A stretch of DNA of 64,000 nt, taken from positions 1,518,052 through 1,582,051 of the forward strand of contig NW_003314273.1 of assembly GCF_000143415.4 (NCBI RefSeq). The letters run 5' to 3'. The notes under the pieces are model-generated. The model was not told where the DNA came from. It saw only the letters and a program-made list of their open reading frames with translations, and did not search any database. Position 1 is the stretch's first letter; each line of letters starts with the position of its first letter. This stretch comes from Selaginella moellendorffii. Taxonomy: Eukaryota > Plantae > Lycopodiophyta. Made by a program: the position numbers and the translations under genes. Positions 53,990 to 64,000 of the stretch are shown here, one piece after another.

Positions 53990-54407
53990 GATGGCATGTA
54001 TTTATTTAAAAATGTAACTTATTATGGCATGGGGTTCCATGCCATTGTATTAATATTAAAAGACAATTCTTTGAGAGGATTTGCATTATACTAGAAGTGT
54101 TACAGCATGTTATTGGAAGTCTATGAAGTTGTTTTATTAATAAGGGGAAAGTAAAGATTGAATGGGGATTTGGGCTCCACCTAGACTCGGAACAACTGAG
54201 CCAATATTAAAAGGATGGAAAGAAATTGGACGACGATGACAAGGAGAAGAGAGAGGTGAAGCAGTGGCAGAGGGAGGAGAAGTGATTGAGTAGACATTTC
54301 CTTGTTTAAAATAAAATGGCATGTGCCTCAATGCAGTTGAATTTTGTTATATTTATATACTATATAAAGGTTTGGAAACCTTATTTTACAAGTGGGATAA
54401 TGACAAT

Positions 54408-54431
54408 TCCCACTTTAACGAAATAGAGCTT
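54408..54431 (-). repeat. Right terminal inverted repeat
   Basis: TCCCACTTTAACGAAATAGAGCTT. Confidence 0.95.
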
Positions 54432-55403
54432 ACAATAGTAAATTTAAATTGTTTAAGAAAGTACCATGAAGATATAAGCATAAATATTTTTTATATCTTA
54501 GGGTGCAAAAATATGGATAATCTCATAAATAAAGCCCTCGCAAGGATTTATCGTTAAAGAGGGCCTTTTATTTTCCAGCAAAACACCAAAAGATTGGGTG
54601 TAGTTTTATTAGACACAAAACTAGCAAAGAGCCTTTATCTAGAGGGGCCTACTATGGAAGTTCCTATGGAGAGGGGGCTTGCTTGTGAATTGGATCCCGA
54701 AGGTTTGCCTAGATGTGTCACCTAGAACCATTCATCTAGTGGTGTCCACATCCATTCTCGAGTACCTACATTCTCTTGCTTCCATAAGAAATGCCAGATC
54801 TGTGCTTCTTTCTTAGCTTTTTCTGGACTATTTTGCCCTCCTCTCTTTTCCAGTTGTAGAACATGGGCTGCTGTTGTAGTAATCATTCTGGTCCACACCC
54901 GTGACACCACCATCTTCGATCCTTCATGTTTGTAGCGCATGTGGTTTTGACCCTTTATCCTATGGTGATTTACCATAGGATAACACCACGAAGCGGAACC
55001 TAAACCCTCTTTGTGCCACGTGACAGATGCCACGTGTCACATGCCACGTGTCCATAGGAACCCAAGGTTTAGGGCCTTGGGCCACTGAACGAAGGAACAG
55101 TGCCAAACTCCCAAGCGTGAAGCCAAAGAGTGGTGGAACTGAACCACGGAGCAACTCCTGAGCATATAGCCCAAGGAGCGAAGGAACAAGAGCCTGGAGC
55201 GACTTGGAACAGTCCTGGAGCAACTAGCATCCCAATGCCAGGACCAACACACAAAATGGAGCCAAACGGAGTCTGGCGCTATTTCAGCATATCGGTGGCC
55301 TAACGCGAGGATATGGGTACTCCACAAGCTAGCATGGTGTGGAACTTGGGCTTAGACCCAAGCCGGACGCATAACAAGGACAAGCACGCAAGCGGGAGCT
55401 AGA

Positions 55404-57651
55404 TGTGAGACACAAAATCCCTAAGCCCCAAAGTGGAGCCGGAAGAGCGCCACATGGTAGTGGCCGAAGCGAGAGCCAAACGAGCGTAACACGTTTGGAC
55501 CAAAACCTCCGACTTGAAAAGTCAAGAGCGGGAGTGGAACTCCCAACAAAGTGCTCGAGGAATAAGCACGAAGCGAGCAATAAGCGAGGCTCCAAAAAGG
55601 GACCCAAAAGGACAAACACATGACACGTGGAAGTGTCCGAGATGGACCCGAGATGGAGTCTGAGATGGAGTCCGAGATGGAGTCTGAGATGGACCCGAGA
55701 TGGAGTCCGAGATGGAGTCCGAGATAGACCCAAGATGGACCCGAGATGGAGTCCGAGATGGAGTCCGAGATGGACCCGAGATGGACCCGAGATGGAGTCC
55801 GAGATGGAGTCCGAGATGGAGTCCGAGATGGAGTCCGAGATGGAGTCCGAGATGGACCCGAGATGGACCGGAGATGGAGTCCGAGATGGAGTCCGAGATG
55901 GACCCGAGATGGACCCGAGACCGAGACCGAGGCCGAGACTGAGGCCGAAGCCGAGACTGAGACCAAGTCCGAGTCCAAAACCGGGACCGAGACCGAGTCC
56001 GAGTCCGAATACAAATACAGGCAGTTGGGTGAAAGCCCAAAGCGATTGTCCCACAGGGGGGGTGTAAGCTCCTGAGTTTGGACTTCCCGGGAGGTCACCC
56101 AGCCCAGTACTATTCAAACCCAAGGACGCTTAACTCCAACTATCCCAAGACCCTTAACCGATTGGAAAAGGGGGTGCACTCTTGTTCATGGGCCCTTTCC
56201 CTCTATATTTGAACCCCATGGATCGTCTCTCGAGTCGTTCCCTTTGGTTGCTTACAATCCACCACGCTTCCCTGCAAGTTCACGCCCTCGTGAACGGAAG
56301 CTGAGAGCCGCAGCTCTCCCGAGAGCCTCGCTCTCTTGACACCCTACCCCTCGGGTCGAGCCCAGCGGGAGCAAACTGGACCAGCCAGATGTCAATCAAC
56401 ATGTGGTGTGATTCCCTTAGCCAACCAACAGAGTCGGACCCGAGACCCCTCTGATACCAAATGTAAGCTCCTGAGTTTGGACTTCCCGGGAGGTCACCCA
56501 GCCCAGTACTATTCAAACCCAAGGACGCTTAACTCCAACTATCCCAAGACCCTTAACCGATTGGAAAAGGGGGTGCACTCTTGTTCATGGGCCCTTTCCC
56601 TCTATATTTGAACCCCATGGATCGTCTCTCGAGTCGTTCCCTTTGGTTGCTTACAGGGGGGAGGGGGCTGCCGGGGGTTCCAAAAGTATAGTAGGGAGAG
56701 TGTGGGGGTTGGAGCCCAATGGAGCCAGTTTGGCCAGGAAGGGCTAGTTTGGCCCAGGAAAGGCCAGTTTGGCCCAGGAAGGCCATACCCAGTGTTGGGT
56801 GATGAACTGACCACTGGGAAGTCCAAGACTAGAGTGAATACAGACTGACAAGCGGGGTAGCTTGGTGAAGTGTTCAAGAGCCGGCTCTAGTTCCCTTGGG
56901 AGATTGACTGGCCGATGCTCCCAGTCCAAGTGTGGGTGGCACTACCTACTTGGATACCTGGTGTGGCTCAACGGAACCTCGCTCTAAGCCCATGTCTAGA
57001 GCACCCAAAGGCGGAAGGCGGGGAGAGTACCCATGAGGCCCGCGTAGGGCCATGGTGTTCCAAAATGTTGTCCCAAAGGCCCAGACTATAGAAAGGAAGA
57101 GGAGTAGTCCTCTGGTGTAGTGACCAAGGATACAGTCGAGTGGTGAGAAAGTCCTATAGAACTGTGGGACTTAGTGGTCAGGCCTGTGGGCCTCGATCCA
57201 GTGGCAGTGTTGGTGAACACGGCCATGGGCAGAAAGGGACTTGGTGAAGACCGGAAAAGGGATATTGGGGAAGGCTATTCCCCATGTCTGTGGGCATCCT
57301 AAGGATGCTAAGGAGTGGATATGGAATGATCACTCTTGGACGGATGGCCTAGTCCTTGAGAGATGGGATTGTGATGCAGGTGGTGTTAGACCTCTGGTGT
57401 GACCAAAGTAAAGGGGCATGGCCTTAGCGTAACGGGCTGATATGTCGGTGGTACCTTGGGGTGTTTATCATGGGATCAAACACATGGAGCACTTGGATCA
57501 AGTGCAAAGGTTGAGTGGCGGGGATGCCATTCTCGGGGCTAGCAAGCCCAAGTCTGAAATAGGGCTTATGGAGGTTGTGAGTGAGACTCCTCTAAGTGGA
57601 TGGAGGTGTGGTTAAGTGACTAAAGTATAATGGAAAATTTAGTCGCTTAAA
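55404..57651 (+). mobile_element. Solo LTR, family A (opposite orientation to 5755-7425), containing a Cassandra TRIM
   Basis: Reverse complement of LTR A; perfect TSD CTAGA (55399-55403, 57652-57656). Confidence 0.9.
56063..56655 (-). mobile_element. Complete Cassandra-type TRIM (593 bp)
   Basis: Two apparently identical 194-bp LTRs (56063-56256, 56462-56655) with a 5S rRNA-like core; 205-bp non-coding interior; PBS TGGTATCAGAG; PPT-like GCGTGGTGGAT; TSD GGGGG. Confidence 0.93.
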
Positions 57652-58379
57652 CTAGACTATGCCTTAGGTTGGTCGGCCATGCCCGAAATACCCATTATCC
57701 CTACTATACATTTGGAACCCCCCACAGCCCCTCCCCCTTGAGGAACACACGCTTTGGGCTTTCACCCCAAGCCTCCCTTAGTTTCAGGAGTTAAGTCTCT
57801 GGGACAAGCTCGAAACTTACTAAATATGGAATGGCCCTAGATTGTGAATTTGGACATGGAACGAACACCATTGTGTTCAGGACGATCTCTACATTCCGTA
57901 GATATGCCAAATAAGCAAATCTGGACACTTTCCATAAATAGCATTTGGGACCGAAATGAGACCAACACAAAGGGCATGATAGCGAGGGTGTTTGGTAGAC
58001 ACGGTAAGCTATCATCTAGCGATATTTAGGGACCAAACTCAATATCACGGGGGTTCCCAACACTAGCAAGTGCAAGTCAACGAATGAGTTTCTCTAACCA
58101 AGTCAAGTATGCTTGACAAATAGCACGTAGGAATTCTATCCTTATGCCCATTTGGTCAAGTGCACACGCAAAGACCAGTTTCTCAACTAGCTTAGGCAGA
58201 GACTGATAACGGGCCCAGCAATACCGATCTCTTGCCATCGTGGCAGTAAGGTAAGAGTGTCCGTAAGGAGTAGTCGACAGGTAACTTTCGATACTCGAAG
58301 TCACATTCGCGACAATGTTTGTCATTAAAAATTCTGTTACACTTGGCTTTCCACACTTCCCACAATGTAATACTTGTTT

Positions 58380-59035
58380 GGTGTTTGGCAGATACGGTAA
58401 GCTATCATCCAACGATATTGAGGGACTAGTCTCAACACGCGAGGGTTCTTGTCACTAGCAAGTGCAAGACAAAACGAGAAGAGAACTTTTTACCAGGCTA
58501 AGTATGCTTAGCTGATAACAAGTAGGAATTCTGTCCTTATGCTCATCTAGTCTAAGTACACTCAAAATGCCCAGTTAACTCCACTAGCATAAGAGGGACT
58601 AATAAAGGGTCCAGCAATACCAACCTTCTGCCATTGTGGCAGTAAGGAAAGAGTGTCCGTAAGAACTAGCCGATAGGTAACTTTCGATACCTGAAGTCAC
58701 ATTTGCGACACTCATCAAGGTTCCCACCTTTTGTACCAACTCGTACTCTGTTCTATTTGATTTCAATACTCACTGCATGAGCAACAGAGTGTTAACCATC
58801 TGTCCATAGATGTCGCGAATGTGACTTTGGGTATCAAAAATTACCTGTCGGCTATCCTTTCATATATTCTTTTTTATTGCCATGACGGTAGGAGGTCGGT
58901 ATTGCTGGACCCTTTATTAGTCCCTCTTGTGTTAGTGGAGTTAACTGGGCATTTCAAGTGTACTCAGACACGGTAAGCTATCATCCAATAATATTGAGGG
59001 ACTAGTCTTAATACGCAAGTGTTCTTGACACTAGC
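58380..59035. repeat. Two oppositely oriented family H LTR-end fragments
   Basis: ...TTTGCGACA ends at 58710 and TGTCGCGAAT... starts at 58811. Confidence 0.7.
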
Positions 59036-59107
59036 TAGTTACTGCCCAACTAACTTGACTAACACAAGAAGGACTAATAACGACCTCCTACCATTATGGC
59101 AGGAAGG

Positions 59108-61620
59108 TGTAAGCGACTAAATTTTCCATTACTTTAGTCACTTAACCACACTTCTGACCACTTGGAGGAGTCTCACTCACAACCTCCATAAGTCCTATTT
59201 TGGACTTGGGCTTGCTAACCCCAAGAATGGCATCCATACCACTCAACCTTTGCACTTGTTCCAATGCTCCACATGTTCGATCCCATGACCGACACCCCAA
59301 GGTACCACTGACATATCAGCCCGTTACACTAAGGCCATGCCCATTCACCTTGGTCACATCGGTGGTCTGACACCACCTACACCACAGTCCTGTCTCTCAA
59401 AGACTGGGCCATCCGTCCATGAGTGATCATCCCAGATCCACTCCTTAGCATCCTTAGGATGCCCACAGATATGGGGAATAGCCTTCCCCAATATCCCCTT
59501 TCCGGTCCCCACCAAGTCCCTTTCTGCCCATGGCCGTGTTTGCTAATACTGCCACTAGATCAAGGCCCACAGGCCCGACCACTAAGTCCCATGGTTCTCT
59601 GGGACTTCCTCCTCACATGACCGTATCCTTGGTCTCTACACTATAGGATGGCTCCTCTTCTTTTTCATATTCTGGGACCTTGGGGTAACATTTTGGAACA
59701 CCATGGCCTTACGCGAGCCTCGTGGGTACTCTCCCCCGCCTTCTACCTTTGGGTGCTCTAGCCGTGGTCTTAAAGCCAGGTTCTGTTGAGCCACACCAGG
59801 TATCTAAGTAGGTAGTGCCACCCACACTTGGACTGGGAACATTGGCCAGTCGATCTCCCGGGGGAACTAAAGCCGGCTCTTGAACACTTCACCAAGCTAC
59901 CCCACTTGTCGGTCCATGTTCACTTTAGTCTTGGACTTCCCAGTGGGCAGCTCATATCCCAACACTAGGTACAGCCTTCTTGGGCCAAACTGGCCTTCCT
60001 TGACCAAACTGGCTCCCCCTACTATACTTTTGGAGCTCACCAAACCCCCTAGGGTCTGGGAGACGAATGCTTTGGGATTTCACCCTCTCGGACTCGAACT
60101 CAAACTTGGACTCGGACTCAGACTCGGACTCGGACTCAGACTCAGACTTGGACTCTGACTCCGACTCCGACTCCGACTCGGGCTTGGACTCGGTCTCGGT
60201 CTTGGCCTCGGCCTCGGTCTCAGTCTCGGTCTCGGTCTTGGTCTCGGTCCCGGTCTCGGTCTTGGTCTCGGTCTCGACCTCAGAATCCATCTCAGGTCCT
60301 TCTCGGACTCCATCTCAGATTCCATCTCGAGTCCATCTCGGACTCCATCTTGGACTCCATCTCAGGACTCCATCTTGGGTCCATCTCGAACTCCATCTCG
60401 GACTCCGTCTCGGTCCATCTCGGACTCCGTCTCGGTCCATCTCGGACTCCATCTTGGGTCCATCTCGAATCCATCTCAGACTCCATCTTGGACTCCATCT
60501 CGGTCCATCTTAGACTCCATCTCGGAGTCCATCTTGGGTCCATCTCGGACTCCATCTTGGGTCCATCTCAGACTCCATCTTAGGTCCTTTTTTAGAGCCT
60601 TGCTTATTGCTCGCTTCGTGCTCATTCCTTGAGCACTTTGTTAGGAGTTCCACTCCCGCTCTCGACCTTTCAAGTCGGAGCTTTTAGTCCAAACGTGTTA
60701 CACTCGTTTGGCTTTTGCTTCGGCCACTACCACATGGCGCCCTTCCGGCTCCACTTTGGGACCCAGGGATTTTGTGTCTCACAACTCCACCACCCATAGA
60801 CGAAGTTCAATGTCCTCATCGAACGGTAAACACTTTTATAAAGTAATACCAACATGTATTACCCTTTCCATTCTTTGCACCTCACCAATATTCGTTAATG
60901 GTTTGATACCGAAGGCTCACCATGCCCTACCCTCCTCTAAGGAGGATAGTCTCTCCAACTTAGAGACTGATTGGACCACTTATAATGGTTTTCTCCTTTT
61001 ATTGGTTTAGTTCTTGCTAAACCTGTTAGAGATACCGTCTATATGTCAATCCCACTATTCCTTCTCGAGTAGTCTCAGTTTTCACGATATAACCTTTGCA
61101 CTTTGGAACTTTTACTTCTAACTTCTTGAAGTCACTTTCCTAGGTGTCTCCGACACCTTGCATTTCACATATTGTGCAACTCCACTTCCCTATCCTAGGA
61201 AGTTCTTTACTTGAGGGCACCATCATCCTCTCTTCTATTTCGGGCCTCTTTGGGCACTAAGTTCTAGTCATCAAAATTTGTGCTAGGGCTGTCCATGGCC
61301 CTATCATTTGGCTACCTTATTGCTCCCTCCCTTGGAGCTTCCACTTTCGCCAAATTGGAAGGATTCTATCATTGGAAACACCTTGCCTTTCTCACAATTT
61401 GTTAGCCCCCAACACATTAATGTTTTTGGCCCAACTTTGCCTTTTTGGATTCTTTCCCATGGTTCCCATGGCCTTTTTCTTAGCCATTAGTCTTTTGCTC
61501 CTATCCTTGTTTGTTGCACCTAGCAACATTGGATCGCTACCTCCATTTTCGAGGTATCCTTTCAGTTCTATAGCAAAGAATTTGCTTTGCTAAGTCCAAA
61601 GGGTGTTTACCCTTAGTAAG
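59108..61620 (-). mobile_element. Family A 3' LTR (59108-60783) with PPT and partial internal region
   Basis: Matches 5755-7680 and 16030-16620, without the element B insertion. Confidence 0.87.
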
Positions 61621-61621
61621 T

Positions 61622-63598
61622 CTTGGGAGCTGCTCTTGAGCATTTCCTGGGTTGGCCCCTCCGGCACCACCCAAGTCCCTGCTCACTCCCACCCAAGGCC
61701 CCTCAGCCCCAGTCTCAACCTCAAGTCAGTTTGGAAGCACCACTGGAGAGCTCCTTTAAGACTGGTTCCTGGACCTCACTATCCCTACTATACTTTTGGA
61801 ACCCCCTGCAGCCCCCCCCCCCCCCAGGAGACGCACGCTTTGGGCTTTCACCCCTTGACCCGTATTAGTACTCGGACTCGGTCTCGGACTTGATCTCGGA
61901 CCCGACTTCGGACTCAGTCTCGGACTCGATCTCGGACTTGATCTTGAACCCGATCTCGGACTAGACTTCAGACTTGACCTCGGACTTGGTCTCGGACCCA
62001 ATTTGGATCTCGGACTCTGTCTCAAACTCGGTCTCGAACTTAGTCTCTGATTCGGCCTCGGACTCAATCCCGGACTTTATCTCAAACTCGGTCTCAGAGT
62101 CGGTCTTGGACTCGATCTTCGACTCGGTCCTATCTGATGAACTCTTTGTCATTTTGGTCATGCTTTCGGGGATCTTTTGGCCTATGACACCTTGGTGAGT
62201 TGGTTCCTTACAACTGCACCACCCATAGAAGAAGTTCGATGCCCACATCGAATGTCTCTCTTTTTTATCCTACAACTTGTTGACCATGTCTCCGGGGGCA
62301 TCCCCCCACTTAGCGGTGTGCCTAAGTTAGCCTCCCCGGCCAAGAGCCAATGACAACGGAATATAGGTGTCCCTATACTCCTCACCTCACCATGCCCTAG
62401 TATGGGGTCGGGACTTGAACCCAGCCTTGCTTTACTAGGGGGTTGGGACTCGAACCCAACCTCTGTAAAATACGTCTACGGATTCGACATCCCCGTTGGG
62501 AGTCGGGCATAGTTCCCTACACCTGGTTGACCTAGCTAACCCATGCTAATTAGCTTACCTTCGGCGCACCTTCGGTCCCAACATATGCTATTGCTCAAAT
62601 TCACAAATTGATACTTGATCTGAGATAATGTCTTCTGGCCTTCCCCGCACTCAAACCACTTGTTCGAAGAACAGCTTCGCCACACCTTCCGCATCCACTT
62701 CCGTTGTGGTGGGTATGAAATGTGCCATATTCGAAAATCAATCCACCACCACGAATATCGCATCGAACCCCTCGCTTGGAGGGAGTCCGGTGATAAAGTC
62801 CATCGTAAGACATTTCCACGGACGATCTGGAATTGGGATGCTTTGTAACAAGCCCCCACTAGCCTTAGTCACGGCTTTGACCTGCTGATATGTTGGACAT
62901 GTCTTTCCATAGTCTTGGACGTCCTTAGCCATATCTGGCCAGTGGTACTTCCTCTTGAGTAAGCCCATTGTCTTTGGCACTTCGCCGTGTCCCGCAAGAG
63001 GTCCGTCATGACACTCTTCTAAGGCTACCTTCCTTAGTTCCCCTTCTGGAACATACACCCTCGTTTGCTTGTAATATATGAGTCTGTTGTGTTCCACATA
63101 AGCCTGTTTTCTCTTCCATTGGCAACTCACCTCTCTGGTGAGCTTCCCGTGCCTCTAGATTCCTTAGCAACACTTCTTGTGCTAAACCATCATTCTCATA
63201 TGCAGTCAACACATCATCCCAAAAGGTTGCTGTCACGCTGGATATCGCTAACTTCAAGCTCGCTTTTCGACTTAGCGCATCTGCCATGATGTTGCTCTTC
63301 CCAGGCTTGTACAGAATCTCGCAATCAAACTCGGCCAAGGCATCCGTGAGTTTGTCTCTTTTCGCTTGACTCCCCCACATACTTGTTCGCTAGCCACCGG
63401 ATTTGCCTTTCCAGAACCCCGAGGACTCATTCTTAGAGAAACTCTTCTTGAATTTCCCTTTGCTATATGTTCCCCTTGGTTTGGCCCCTTTGTTAAATGT
63501 GGACCCCGACCCCGTCACGTTCCCCTTTCACAGGTTATTGTTGAAATCCACCTTGATGGCCGCATCCAATGCTTCCTTGTAGTTGGTCGGGTTCCAGC
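61622..63598 (-). mobile_element. Ty3/Gypsy fragment: partial family I LTR (to 62212), PPT, integrase and RNase H remnant, gag fragment
   Basis: LTR matches 34207-34800; integrase HHCC region (ECHDGPLAGH...TCPTYQ) and MDFITGLP; YKPGKSNIMADALSR; 63355-63598 matches the gag at 5101-5225 and 32700-32820. Confidence 0.82.
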
Positions 63599-64000
63599 TG
63601 TTGCGAATGTGACTTCAGGTATCGAAAGTTACCTGTCGGCTAGTCCTTATGGACACTCTTACCTTACTCCCACAATGGCAGGAGGTCGGTATTGTTGGAC
63701 CCGTTATTAGTCTCCGCCTAAGCTAGTTGAGAAACTGGTCATCACATGTGCACTTAGACCGGAAGGGCACTAAGGAAGGAAATCCTAAGTTGTCATTTAG
63801 TCAAGCAGAGTTGACACGGTGATGAGAAACTCATGATGTTGACTTGCACTTGCTAGTGTTGGGAACCCCCGCGATATTGAGATTGGTCCCTCAATATCGC
63901 TAGATGATAGCTTACCGTGTCTGCCAAACACCCTCGCTATCATGCCCTTTGTGTTAGTCTCATTTCGGTCCCAAATACTATTTATGGAAAGTGTCTAGAT
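63599..64000. repeat. Family H LTR end, running off the window
   Basis: TGTTGCGAATGTGACTT terminus; reverse complement of 57920-58314. Confidence 0.8.

Larger units (their letters stand above)
42265..54337. repeat. Dispersed 22-bp palindromic motif ATGGCRTG-N6-CAYGCCAT, about 25 copies, confined to the DNA transposon
   Basis: Copies start at 42265, 42581, 42670, 43268, 43428, 43574, 44916, 44973, 46576, 46646, 46743, 47246, 47321, 47663, 48427, 48504, 48564, 49841, 51313, 51454, 51645, 52872, 52947, 54024 and 54316; some are degenerate. Confidence 0.92.
42039..54431. mobile_element. Complete 12.4-kb DNA transposon (Sola-like) with two divergent genes
   Basis: 24-bp perfect TIR AAGCTCTATTTCGTTAAAGTGGGA (42039-42062) and its reverse complement (54408-54431); 4-bp TSD ACAA (42035-42038, 54432-54435); removing the element restores the in-frame integrase tail ...LNGDDTTIVNLNCLRKYHE. 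Confidence 0.93.
54931..58314. mobile_element. Solo LTR, family H, containing a nested family A solo LTR
   Basis: TGTAGC...GCGACA termini; perfect TSD ATGTT (54926-54930, 58315-58319). Confidence 0.87.

Noticed and set aside
42265-54337. Palindromic repeats as a CRISPR array or MITE family
   Set aside because: Spacing is irregular (tens of bp to >1.5 kb), there are no cas genes or per-copy TSDs, and the context is eukaryotic.
56075-56135. 5S rRNA gene
   Set aside because: Only the internal ~55-nt promoter part is 5S-like, and it lies within TG...CA LTRs, i.e. a Cassandra element.

Overview
Eukaryotic, very likely land-plant, TE-dense region with no intact host gene visible and one 100-N gap. 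Most of the window is nested Ty3/Gypsy LTR retrotransposons, solo LTRs, a Copia remnant and two 5S-carrying Cassandra-type TRIM insertions; several have checkable 5-bp TSDs, PBS and PPT. The standout is a complete 12.4-kb cut-and-paste DNA transposon (42039-54431; 24-bp TIRs; 4-bp TSD ACAA) inserted into a decayed Gypsy integrase. It carries two divergent genes. The minus-strand gene is a ~940-aa Sola-like DDD transposase. The plus-strand gene is an 11-exon, ~1600-aa gene that appears to fuse a ParB/Srx-like domain, a degenerate amino-methyltransferase-like fold and an FCP1-type HAD phosphatase. About 25 copies of a 22-bp palindrome (consensus ATGGCATGAGGCCTCATGCCAT) are spread through the element, including inside ~50-nt introns, and I saw none outside the TIRs. 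This suggests a transposon-encoded ParB/parS-like or VANC-like self-targeting system. Both genes in this copy carry a few C-to-T-type nonsense changes. All domain calls come from motif recognition by eye, not database searches.
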